NCBI GenBank assembly: GCA_021827985.1
Contig: JAKATL010000001.1
Span: 45,108-109,107 of the forward strand
From: a bacterium
Lineage (GTDB): Bacteria > Chloroflexota > Dormibacteria > Aeolococcales > Bog-877
Length of the DNA stretch: 64,000 bases
Reading direction: 5' to 3'
A model generated the notes under the pieces. That model was not told where the DNA came from. It searched no databases and saw only the letters and a program-made list of their open reading frames with translations. This document shows positions 48,940-57,627 of the stretch, in pieces. A program made the position numbers and the translations under genes. Each line of letters begins with the position of its first letter. The stretch's first letter is position 1.

Positions 48940-50325
48940 GTGACCGACGTTCCACCTCAGCTCGCCCCCGGTTTTTGGATCGCAGACAGCCATCCCGGGG
49001 CGCCACGCCCCCCGCTGCTGGGGAGCCGGCGGGCGGATGTGGCGGTGGTGGGTGGTGGCTTCACCGGTCTCTGGACGGCATACCACCTCCTGCGGATCGA
49101 ACCTTCCACGAAAGTGGTGGTGCTGGAGAGTCAGCGGGTGGGGTTCGGGGCCTCGGGGCGGAACGGGAGCTGGTGCGTCCCCGAGCTCAATGCCGGGCCG
49201 GCACTTTTGGCCAAGCGCTTCGGAGCCTCCAGGGTCGCGGAGCTGCACAGCGCGATGCGGGCCACGGTTGACGAGATTGGGCGGTTCTGTTCCGAGCAGG
49301 GAGTCGGGGGGTTTGAGAAGGCTGGGGTTCTGCTGGTGGCCCGGGGAAGCGGGCAGCTTCCGGCCCTGGAGGATACCCAATTGGAGTGGGAGCGGGTCGG
49401 CCTCAGCAGTCCTTACCAGCGCATCAGCGCTGCGGAGGCGGAGGGGAAGCTGGCCGTCCACCAGCTGGAGGGTGCGCTGTACTCGCCGGAGGGGGCGTCG
49501 GTTCATCCGGGGAAGCTGGTCAAGGGGCTTGCCACCGCCGTGGAGCGAATGGGTGGCGAGATCTACGAAGGGAGCACCGTCACGGGCATCAAGGAGGGTC
49601 GACCGCCGAGCGCCCGGACCGAGCTGGGCGAGGTGACCGCCGATCTGGTCGTGCTGGCCCTGGAGGCGTACCTCACAGGGTTTCCCGGCTGGCACCGGGC
49701 GATCCTTCCCGTCTACTCCCTCATCGAGTTGACCGAGCCGCTCACGGAAGCTCAGCTGGCCTCGGTGAACTGGCGGTCGCGGATGTGCGTCTCGTCGATG
49801 CGGCTCACGGTGGACTACCTGGCCCTCACCCCGGACCGGCGGATCCTGGTGGGAGGCCGTGGGGCCCCCTATCGGTACGGCTCCACGCTCTCCCCCGATC
49901 TGGAACGCCATCGGGCGACCCACGAGGGTCTGAGGGCCATGTTCCGGGAGTGGTTTCCCGCCCTGGCGGGGGTTCGATTCACCCATTCCTGGGGAGGGGT
50001 GTTGGGGATGCCTCGGGATTGGATACCCCAGGCAAGGCTGGACCGAGGTCGGGGACTCGGCGTCGCCTACGGGTACACCGGGCATGGAGTTGCCACCACC
50101 CATCTGCTCGGCCGCGCCATGGCCGAGATGATCACCGGACAGGATTCAGAGCGCACCCAGCTTCCGCTGGTGGGACACGAATCCCCGCTCTGGGAACCAG
50201 AGCCACTCCGCTGGATGGCCGTCCGGTACGTTCAGCGGCAGCTGTCAGGGCTGGACTCGCGAGTGGCCCGCGGCGGCCGCCCGCCCTCCGGCCGGACTAT
50301 CGCGGAGAGGCTGGCGGCGCATTGA
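48940..50325 (+). CDS. FAD-dependent oxidoreductase, PuuB/OrdL (DAO family); start GTG 48940 (possibly leaderless) or ATG 48928
   Basis: ADVAVVGGGFTGLW.AY, GFGASGRNG, HPGKLVKGL, THSWGG.LG, GYTGHGV. Confidence 0.85.
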   Translation: MTDVPPQLAPGFWIADSHPGAPRPPLLGSRRADVAVVGGGFTGLWTAYHLLRIEPSTKVVVLESQRVGFGASGRNGSWCVPELNAGPALLAKRFGASRVAELHSAMRATVDEIGRFCSEQGVGGFEKAGVLLVARGSGQLPALEDTQLEWERVGLSSPYQRISAAEAEGKLAVHQLEGALYSPEGASVHPGKLVKGLATAVERMGGEIYEGSTVTGIKEGRPPSARTELGEVTADLVVLALEAYLTGFPGWHRAILPVYSLIELTEPLTEAQLASVNWRSRMCVSSMRLTVDYLALTPDRRILVGGRGAPYRYGSTLSPDLERHRATHEGLRAMFREWFPALAGVRFTHSWGGVLGMPRDWIPQARLDRGRGLGVAYGYTGHGVATTHLLGRAMAEMITGQDSERTQLPLVGHESPLWEPEPLRWMAVRYVQRQLSGLDSRVARGGRPPSGRTIAERLAAH

Positions 50326-50347
50326 GCCCGGCCAAACAGTGGACGGA

Positions 50348-50425
50348 TTGTGGCCCGACCACAAATTGCCTGGCTCAGATTTGATGATCGGCCCCATGGC
50401 CGCGACCTGAACCTCGGCCTAAAGT
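50348..50425 (+). promoter_or_regulatory. PucR-type activator site plus weak promoter upstream of the ABC operon
   Basis: Perfect TTGTGG-N5-CCACAA (50348-50364), degenerate second site 50381-50397, TGGCCG-N17-TAAAGT. Confidence 0.7.
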
Positions 50426-50579
50426 CGGAGGTTGCCGTTAGTGCCAGGTGGCTCGCGGGAGGGACCGCAGCTGTTTCGGACCGGAGGGCAGGCAGAGGTT
50501 TGGCAAGCTCGGCCCGCCGGGGCGGGCAGTGGCCCAAGGCCGTCCGAGCCGGGATCGCCAGGGAGAGGAGTTGAGAAGG

Positions 50580-52481
50580 ATGAGAATGGCCAAGTTCCGT
50601 GGTGATGGCGCCCCCGCTGGGGGCACGGGCCCAAAGAGAGGGCGCCGGACGGCCCTCGGCGCGGGCCTGCTGGCCGGGCTGGGGCTGCTGGTGGCGGCCT
50701 GCGGTGGGGCCACCACCACGTCTCCCACGGTCCCGACAAACATCGCTCAGACTCCTCCGACCGGGGGGACTCCCGTCGCCGGGGGCACCGCCAGTTACGC
50801 ACTTCCCATCGGGGAGGATTTCTCCTGGATGTTCCCCATCGAGAACCAGGCCAACTACGAGGACTGGAACTCCAACATCGAAGGGGGGATGTGGCGGCCC
50901 CTGTACTTCGCCGGCGGCCCGGGGCAGACCGGCATCAACGACCAGCTCTCCATTGCCAATCCTCCCGTCTACTCCAATGGCAACCGCACGGTGACCGTGA
51001 CCATGAAGCAGGGCTACACCTGGTCTGACGGCACCCCGGTGACCACCGCCGACGTGCAGTTTTTCTTCCAGCTCCTGAGCGCCGGCAAGAACAAGGATGG
51101 CGCCTACATCCCCGGGGAGATGCCCGACGACATCAGCTCTCTCGTCATCAACAGCCCCTACCAGTTCACGCTCAACCTCAATCAGGCCTACAACCCCACC
51201 TGGTTCACCAACAACCAGCTCACATGGATCTACCCCCTGCCGCAGCAGGCGTGGGACAAGACCTGCCTCACCTGCCAGGTGGGCAACAACGCCGCGACCA
51301 GCTCGGGTGCCAAGAGTGTCTTCAACTTCCTCTACGGCCAGTCGGAGAAGCTGAGCACCTATTCCAGCAATCCTCTCTGGAAGGTGGTGGACGGCCCCTG
51401 GGTCATCAAGTCCTTCGATCCCACCACCTACACCGCCCAGTTCGCCGCCAACACCCACTACACCGGCGCCGGCAAGCCTCAGCTCAGCGGCTACTCGGTG
51501 TACAGCTTCCAGTCGGACACGGCTGAGGTGGACGCACTGCGCTCGGGGGCCATCGACTTCGGATTCCTGCCCTTCACCGACCTCACTCTGGCGACCTACT
51601 TCCACCAGCACGGTTTCACCACCGCTCCCTGGCCGGTCTTCTACAACGAGACCGTTGAGCTGGGGTTCACCAGCAAGACCTGGGGGCCGCTGGTGAAGCA
51701 GCTCTACATCCGCCAGGCGCTGCAGCACCTCATCAACGAGTCGCTCTACCTGCAGAAGACGCTCCACGGCTTCGGGCTTCCTGACTATGGCCCAGCCCCA
51801 GTCTACCCCAGCTCCTCGTACGTCAGCCCCCAGACCACGTCGGATCCCTACCCGTACAGCGTCAGCGCCGCCAAGCAGCTGCTGGCCAGCCACGGATGGA
51901 CCCAGGGATCGGGCGGGGTGGATGTCTGCTCCCGGCCGGGAACCGCCAGCAATGAGTGCGGAGCCGGCATCCCCAAGGGCAAGCAGCTCAGCTTCCTCTT
52001 CATGTACTCCACCGGCACCCCCAGCTTCCTCGCCCAGGTCGAGGCCTTCGCCACCGCAGCCAAGTCGGCGGGGGTCGGGATCAACCTGGACGGGCAGACC
52101 GAGACCACCATGTTCTCGATTGGTGGGGTCTGCCCCTCCTCCCCCCCCTGCAACTGGGGGCTGCTGGCCTACAGCGGCTTCATGTGGGACTTCGGCCAGT
52201 ACGAGATCCTTCCGGTGGGCGGCAACCAGTTCGGTCAGGGCAACTACTGGGCCGGCGGCTACAACTCCTCTCAGGCGCAGCAGCTGATCAACGCCGCCCA
52301 CACACAGTCTGGCCTCACCCCCCTCTACAACGTGGAGAACTATCTCTCCTCCAACGAGGCCTCGCTCTGGTGGCCGCTGGCGGACTACGAAATCGTGGTG
52401 GCCAAGAACAACCTGCGCGGCTGGTACCCGCTCAACCCCTATGCCAACTACCACCCCTCCAGCTGGTACTTCGTGAACTGA
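50580..52481 (+). CDS. ABC transporter substrate-binding lipoprotein, family 5 (peptide/nickel type)
   Basis: Lipobox LVAAC, basic/hydrophobic signal, WSDGTPVTTADV, VDGPW, IRQALQHLIN; ATG 50580 after GAGGAG. Confidence 0.9.
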   Translation: MRMAKFRGDGAPAGGTGPKRGRRTALGAGLLAGLGLLVAACGGATTTSPTVPTNIAQTPPTGGTPVAGGTASYALPIGEDFSWMFPIENQANYEDWNSNIEGGMWRPLYFAGGPGQTGINDQLSIANPPVYSNGNRTVTVTMKQGYTWSDGTPVTTADVQFFFQLLSAGKNKDGAYIPGEMPDDISSLVINSPYQFTLNLNQAYNPTWFTNNQLTWIYPLPQQAWDKTCLTCQVGNNAATSSGAKSVFNFLYGQSEKLSTYSSNPLWKVVDGPWVIKSFDPTTYTAQFAANTHYTGAGKPQLSGYSVYSFQSDTAEVDALRSGAIDFGFLPFTDLTLATYFHQHGFTTAPWPVFYNETVELGFTSKTWGPLVKQLYIRQALQHLINESLYLQKTLHGFGLPDYGPAPVYPSSSYVSPQTTSDPYPYSVSAAKQLLASHGWTQGSGGVDVCSRPGTASNECGAGIPKGKQLSFLFMYSTGTPSFLAQVEAFATAAKSAGVGINLDGQTETTMFSIGGVCPSSPPCNWGLLAYSGFMWDFGQYEILPVGGNQFGQGNYWAGGYNSSQAQQLINAAHTQSGLTPLYNVENYLSSNEASLWWPLADYEIVVAKNNLRGWYPLNPYANYHPSSWYFVN

Positions 52482-52496
52482 CTCTGGACGCCGCTG

Positions 52497-54149
52497 TTGC
52501 AGCCCCGAACCGATCTGCTGATCACCGGCGGCCCGATCTGGACCGGCCGGTCCGACCAGCCGTGGGTTGAGGCCCTGGCGGTCCGCGACGGCAAGGTCGC
52601 GGCCGCCGGGCCACTGGCCGAGGTAAGACAGGTCTCGGCCCCTTGGGCCGAGACCCTCGAGCTGAGCGGGAGAGCTGTCATTCCGGCGTTCCACGACGCC
52701 CACTGCCATCCCCTGGGCGGAGGGCTGCAGCAGCGCAGCTGCAACCTCGAGGGCGCCAGGTCCCCCGGTGAGTGTCAGGAGAGAATCCGAGCCTACCTCG
52801 CCTCGCATCCGGATGTGGAATGGGTCGTCGGCAAGGGATGGTCAATGGAGCTGTTCCCCCGAGGAACCCCGGGGCGACAGCTGCTGGACCAGGTGACCGG
52901 TGAGCGACCGGCCTACCTCACCAACCGCGACGGCCACAGCGCCTGGGTGAACTCGGCCGCCCTGCGGCTGGCCGGGATTGACGCCGCGACCCCCGATCCT
53001 CCACACGGCAGGATCGAGCGGATGGAGGCCGGCGAGCCCCAGGGCACCCTGCACGAGGGCGCCATGGAACTGGTCGAGCACTGGGCTCCACCAGCCACCG
53101 ACGCGGAGAGGGTCGCCGCGCTGCGTCAGGCCCAGTCCCATCTGCACAGCCTGGGCATCGCCGGCTGGCAGGACGCCATGGTCGACCCGGAGACCGAGAC
53201 GGCCTACGCGGCTCTGGCGGGGGCCGGGGAGCTCTCCGCCAGGGTGCGCCTCGCCCTCTGGTGGGAGCGGGAGGGGGGCCTCGAGCAGGTCGAGCAGCTG
53301 GCCCTTCGACGGCAGCAGCTCGCCGACTCCGGACTCGATGCCGGAAGCGTCAAGATCATGCTGGACGGCGTGATGGAAACCTTCACTGCCGCACTGCTCG
53401 AACCGTATCTCACGCTCCCGGGAGGGCCGCCTGATGGCCAGCGGGGCCACCTCTTCCTGGACCCCGAAGTGGCGGCCGCCGCCACTTCGGCGCTGCACCG
53501 GCGCGGCTTCCAGGTTCACTTCCACGCGATCGGGGACCGGGCGGTGAGGGTGGCCCTGGATGCGGTGGAGAGCGCATCCAGGGAGGGTGGGCAGGACCTA
53601 CGCCATCACATCGCTCACATCCAACTGGTGGACCCCGCCGACCTGCACCGTTTCCACCGACTCAAGGTGGTGGCCAACATGCAGCCTTTCTGGGCCTGCC
53701 ACGAGCCCCAGATGGACGAACTCACCATCCCCTTCCTGGGCGCGGAGCGGTCCCGGCATCAGTATCCGTTCCGGGGCCTCGCCGATTCCGGCGCGGTCCT
53801 CGCCGGAGGCTCAGACTGGCCGGTCTCCACGGCCAACCCACTCGAGGAGGTCGCGGTGGCGGTGACTCGCCGGGTCCCCTCGGACGGGGCCGGAGAAAAT
53901 CCCGCCCTCCCCCCCTTCCTGCCCGAGCAGGGACTGCCCCTGGCCGTGGCCCTTTCGGCCTTCACCGCCGGCTCAGCGTTCGTCAACCACCTGGAGCACG
54001 TCACCGGCACCCTGGAGGTCGGCAAGGCGGCCGATCTGGTGGTACTTGCCCAGGATCCGTTTGCCGTTGACGCCGAGCGGCTTCCCGAGGCGCAGGTGGA
54101 GAGCACCATGGTCGACGGCCGGCTGGTGTTTCACCGGGACGGTGGCTGA
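52497..54149 (+). CDS. Amidohydrolase_3 (YtcJ / NfdA-like metal-dependent hydrolase)
   Basis: FHDAHCH, DGHSAWVNS.AL, FHAIGDRA, IAHIQ, GSDWPVS, GTLEVGKAADLVVL. Confidence 0.9.
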   Translation: MQPRTDLLITGGPIWTGRSDQPWVEALAVRDGKVAAAGPLAEVRQVSAPWAETLELSGRAVIPAFHDAHCHPLGGGLQQRSCNLEGARSPGECQERIRAYLASHPDVEWVVGKGWSMELFPRGTPGRQLLDQVTGERPAYLTNRDGHSAWVNSAALRLAGIDAATPDPPHGRIERMEAGEPQGTLHEGAMELVEHWAPPATDAERVAALRQAQSHLHSLGIAGWQDAMVDPETETAYAALAGAGELSARVRLALWWEREGGLEQVEQLALRRQQLADSGLDAGSVKIMLDGVMETFTAALLEPYLTLPGGPPDGQRGHLFLDPEVAAAATSALHRRGFQVHFHAIGDRAVRVALDAVESASREGGQDLRHHIAHIQLVDPADLHRFHRLKVVANMQPFWACHEPQMDELTIPFLGAERSRHQYPFRGLADSGAVLAGGSDWPVSTANPLEEVAVAVTRRVPSDGAGENPALPPFLPEQGLPLAVALSAFTAGSAFVNHLEHVTGTLEVGKAADLVVLAQDPFAVDAERLPEAQVESTMVDGRLVFHRDGG

Positions 54150-54188
54150 GCGTGTGAGAATGCTGCAAATGTCGAGCCCAGGGCGGCC

Positions 54189-55130
54189 GTGACCCGTTAC
54201 CTGCTGCGGCGCCTGGGGCAGGCTCTCCTCGTCCTGCTGCTCGTCTCAGTTCTGGTCTTCTCGCTTCTCCACCTCCTTCCGGGTGGGTTGGTCCGGGCCC
54301 AGCTCGGGCCCAAGGCCAGCCCCCATGAGGTGGCCCAGCTGGCCATCCAGGAGGGGTTGAACAAGCCGATCTTCGTCCAGTACGCGATCTGGCTGGGCAA
54401 CGCCCTCCATGGCAACCTGGGGTACTCGTACAAGCTCAATTCTCCGGTGGCAACGCTGCTCGCGGAATACTTCCCCCGCGACCTTTTACTGGTTGGGATC
54501 GCCCTCTTCCTGGCGATCGCAATCTCCATCCCCCTGGGGCTCCTCCAGGGCGTGCGGCGCAACCGGGACGTCGACTACGGGCTCTCCTTCGTCCTGCTGG
54601 CGCTGTACTCCATGCCCAGCTTCCTCCTCGGGGTCATCGGGATCATCCTCTTCAACATCGAATTCAACGTCTTCCCCCCCACGGCCATCCACTTCGGCAC
54701 CTCATTCGGCGCCGATGTCTCGGCGCTGGTGCTGCCGGTGGGCACCCTCATGCTGGGAAACGTCGCCTATTACAGCCGCTACATGCGGTCCGCGGTGATC
54801 GACAACCTGCTGGAGGACTACGTCCGCACCGCCAAGGCGAAGGGTTCCAGCTGGCGAAGGATCCTCTCGCGCCACGTGTTGCGCAACTCGCTGCTTCCCA
54901 CCGTCAGCCTGGTAGGCATCAGCTTCCCCTACGTGATCAGCGGATCCCTGATCGTGGAGGCGCTCTTCGACTATCCGGGGATGGGCCTCCTCTTCTGGAA
55001 CGCCTCCCAGGATCGTGACTACCCCGTCCTGCTGGGCGTCATCCTCCTGATCAGCACCGCAGTAGTCGTGGGCAACCTGGTGGCTGACATCCTCTACATG
55101 GTGCTCGACCCGAGGATCCGCTATGGCTGA
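54189..55130 (+). CDS. ABC permease (OppB/DppB-like)
   Basis: MTRYLLRRL, GNLGYS, EDYVRTAKAKG, RDYPVLLG. Confidence 0.93.
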   Translation: MTRYLLRRLGQALLVLLLVSVLVFSLLHLLPGGLVRAQLGPKASPHEVAQLAIQEGLNKPIFVQYAIWLGNALHGNLGYSYKLNSPVATLLAEYFPRDLLLVGIALFLAIAISIPLGLLQGVRRNRDVDYGLSFVLLALYSMPSFLLGVIGIILFNIEFNVFPPTAIHFGTSFGADVSALVLPVGTLMLGNVAYYSRYMRSAVIDNLLEDYVRTAKAKGSSWRRILSRHVLRNSLLPTVSLVGISFPYVISGSLIVEALFDYPGMGLLFWNASQDRDYPVLLGVILLISTAVVVGNLVADILYMVLDPRIRYG

Positions 55131-56085
55131 CGCTCTGGACGAGCAACTCGCCGCCGCGCCCGCAGTGCCCGATGCCACGCCGGCCACCCTTGGCGCCGGG
55201 GAGGCGGCCGAGCTGGCCTGGGAGGAAGCTTGGACCCCACCCAACCACCTCCTGGAGAACCTCAGGGTCTACGCCAAGAACCGGATCGCCCTCGGGGGCG
55301 CGGTCTTCCTCGCCCTGGTGGTCCTCTTCTCCTTCGTGGGCCCGCTCATCTACCAGACCGACCAGGTCTCCACCAACCTGCTCAACGGGAACCTCACCCC
55401 CTCAGCGGCCCACCTTCTGGGCACCAGTCCCGAGGGTCGCGACATCCTCGGGCGACTCATGGTCGGTGGCCAAGCGACGATCGAAGTGGCGCTGGCGGTG
55501 GCGGCGATCGCGACCGCCTTCGGCACCCTCTGGGGCGCCCTGGCCGGGTTCCTGGGTGGGTTCGCCGACGCCTTCATGATGCGGGTGGTGGACGCCATGC
55601 TGTCCATCCCCTTCCTGTTCTTCGTAGTCCTGCTGGCCGCCCTGATTCAGCCGTCGCTCCCCATCATCATCCTGGCCATCGCCTCGGTCAGCTGGCTCTC
55701 CACCGCCAGGTTGGTACGGGGCGAGGTGCTCAGTCTGCGCACCCGAGACTATGTGTCAGCGGCGCGGTGTTTCGGGAGCGGACCCTGGCAGATCATCTTC
55801 CGACATCTGCTCCCGAACTCCCTGGGCGTGGTGGTGGTGAACGCCACCCTCAAGGTGGCCGACGCCATCCTCACCTTTGCCTCGATCAGCTTCCTGGGGC
55901 TCGGGGTGCCGCCGCCGGCCACCAGCTGGGGACAGATGCTGACCACCGGCATCAGCAACCTCTTCAACGGGTACTGGTGGGAGCTCTGGCCGGCCGCCTT
56001 CTTCATCGTGGGCACGGTGATCGCCATCAATGTCATGGGCGATGGTCTCCGCGACGTGGTGGAAAAGCGGCTGCAGCAGCGTTGA
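55123..56085 (+). CDS. ABC permease (OppC/DppC-like)
   Basis: HLLGT..GRDILGRL, ARLVRGEVLSLR.RDYV.AAR, FLGLGVPPP..SWG.ML. Confidence 0.93.
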   Translation: MADALDEQLAAAPAVPDATPATLGAGEAAELAWEEAWTPPNHLLENLRVYAKNRIALGGAVFLALVVLFSFVGPLIYQTDQVSTNLLNGNLTPSAAHLLGTSPEGRDILGRLMVGGQATIEVALAVAAIATAFGTLWGALAGFLGGFADAFMMRVVDAMLSIPFLFFVVLLAALIQPSLPIIILAIASVSWLSTARLVRGEVLSLRTRDYVSAARCFGSGPWQIIFRHLLPNSLGVVVVNATLKVADAILTFASISFLGLGVPPPATSWGQMLTTGISNLFNGYWWELWPAAFFIVGTVIAINVMGDGLRDVVEKRLQQR

Positions 56086-56131
56086 CAGCCGGTCCGAGCC
56101 GAGGGCCGGACCTAAATGAGAGGAGACACCG

Positions 56132-57610
56132 ATGACGCTAACTCTGGCCGCCCAGGCCCGCTCCGCCCTCGGCCCCGAGCCGCTCCCCCTTCGCCTCTAC
56201 CTTGGGGGTGCCAGCGAGGACACCAGGGAGCATCTGCCGTTGGTGAGCCCGGTGACTGGAGATGTGATCGCGGCAGTGCCCGTCCCGGAGCGCGAACACA
56301 TCGCCAGGGCGGTGCGGCTGGCGCGCGACGCTCAGACGGCATGGGCTGAGGTGGGGGCGTTCCAGCGGGCCGAGGTGTGTCACCGGATCGGGGATGCGCT
56401 CCTAACGCGCCGAGACGACCTGGCCCGGCTCCAGACGCTGGAACAGGGCAAGCCCCTTACGGAGTCAGTGGCGGATATCGAGGAGGCGGCCCAGCTCTTC
56501 CACCTCCATGCTGAAGACATGGTTCGCCTGAACGGGGAGACCTTGCCCGTGCGCGACCCCCACAAGCGCATGGTCACCTTCCGGAGGCCAGTGGGCACCT
56601 GGGCCATCATCACCCCGTGGAACTTCCCGGTGCTGATGATGGCCGAGTTCACCGCCCCGGGACTCGCCACCGGCAACGCTCTGGTGATCAAGCCGCCCGC
56701 TCACACCTGCGCCGCGGTGCTGGCCGCGACGCAGGCCTTTGAGGAGGCCGGACTGCCCCCGGGCCTGGTGAGCGTCCTCCCCGGGGCCGGGCAGGTCGGC
56801 GAGATGATGCTTGAGGAGCCAGGGTTCGACGCCATCGGCTTCATCGGCTCATCGGCCACCGGTGCGCGCATCCAGGCTCTGGCCGGACTCCGCCGGACCA
56901 TCATGGAGTGCTCAGGGAACGGCCCCATCGTGGTCTGCGCCGACGCCGACGTGGAGCGGGCAGCGAGAGCGGCGGTGTACGGTGCCTACCTTTGCTCCGG
57001 GCAGGTCTGCTGTGCTACCGAGCGCGCCCTGGTGCACCGCCGGGTTCACCAGGACTTCCTCGATGCTTGCACCGCGGAGGCCCAGCGGGTCCGACTGGGT
57101 GATCCCTTCGACCCCGAGGTCAACCTCGGACCATTGAACAATGCTGCGGTGGCGACCAAGATGGACCATCACATCCAGGACGGACGCCAGCAGGGGGCCC
57201 GGGTGCTCACCGGGGGAGCCCGCCGAGCCGGGATGCCCACTGACCTCTACTACGAGTTCACCATCATGGACCAGGTGACGCCGGGGATGGCAGCATTCCG
57301 GGAGGAGTCTTTTGGGCCCCTGCTCCCGGTCACGGTGGCGGGGGATGACGACGAGCTTCTGCGCCTGGCCAACGAGGACGCCCTGGGCCTCCAGGCGGCG
57401 GTCTTCACCCGCGATCTGGCTCGGGCGTTCCACTTCTCCGAGCACCTTCAGGTGGGGCAGGTGGTGGTCAACGACACCACCGACTACTGGGATATCAATA
57501 TGCCCTTCGGGGGTGCGGGTGGGAAGCACAGCGGCTGGGGACGCATCGGGGGGAAGTGGACCCTGATGGATATGTCAGATGTCAGGACGGCGATCTTCGA
57601 CCTCTCCTGA
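56132..57610 (+). CDS. Aldehyde dehydrogenase (second; SSADH-like possible)
   Basis: EQGKPL.E, TPWNFP, VIKP, GQVCC, EESFGP, PFGG; atypical ECSGNGP. Confidence 0.88.
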   Translation: MTLTLAAQARSALGPEPLPLRLYLGGASEDTREHLPLVSPVTGDVIAAVPVPEREHIARAVRLARDAQTAWAEVGAFQRAEVCHRIGDALLTRRDDLARLQTLEQGKPLTESVADIEEAAQLFHLHAEDMVRLNGETLPVRDPHKRMVTFRRPVGTWAIITPWNFPVLMMAEFTAPGLATGNALVIKPPAHTCAAVLAATQAFEEAGLPPGLVSVLPGAGQVGEMMLEEPGFDAIGFIGSSATGARIQALAGLRRTIMECSGNGPIVVCADADVERAARAAVYGAYLCSGQVCCATERALVHRRVHQDFLDACTAEAQRVRLGDPFDPEVNLGPLNNAAVATKMDHHIQDGRQQGARVLTGGARRAGMPTDLYYEFTIMDQVTPGMAAFREESFGPLLPVTVAGDDDELLRLANEDALGLQAAVFTRDLARAFHFSEHLQVGQVVVNDTTDYWDINMPFGGAGGKHSGWGRIGGKWTLMDMSDVRTAIFDLS

Positions 57611-57627
57611 GGGATATCGGGAGCCGC

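Noticed and set aside
50401-50436. GACCTGAACCTCGGCCTAAAGTCGGAGGTTGCC resembles the 3' half of a c-di-GMP-I riboswitch
   Set aside because: The 5' half (GGCAAAC...GAAA tetraloop stem) and the receptor strand are missing; TAAAGT is better explained as the -10 box at the conserved distance from the PucR-type site.
50232-52808. 858-aa minus-strand ORF opposite the binding protein
   Set aside because: Antisense shadow of the SBP gene; no recognisable domain.
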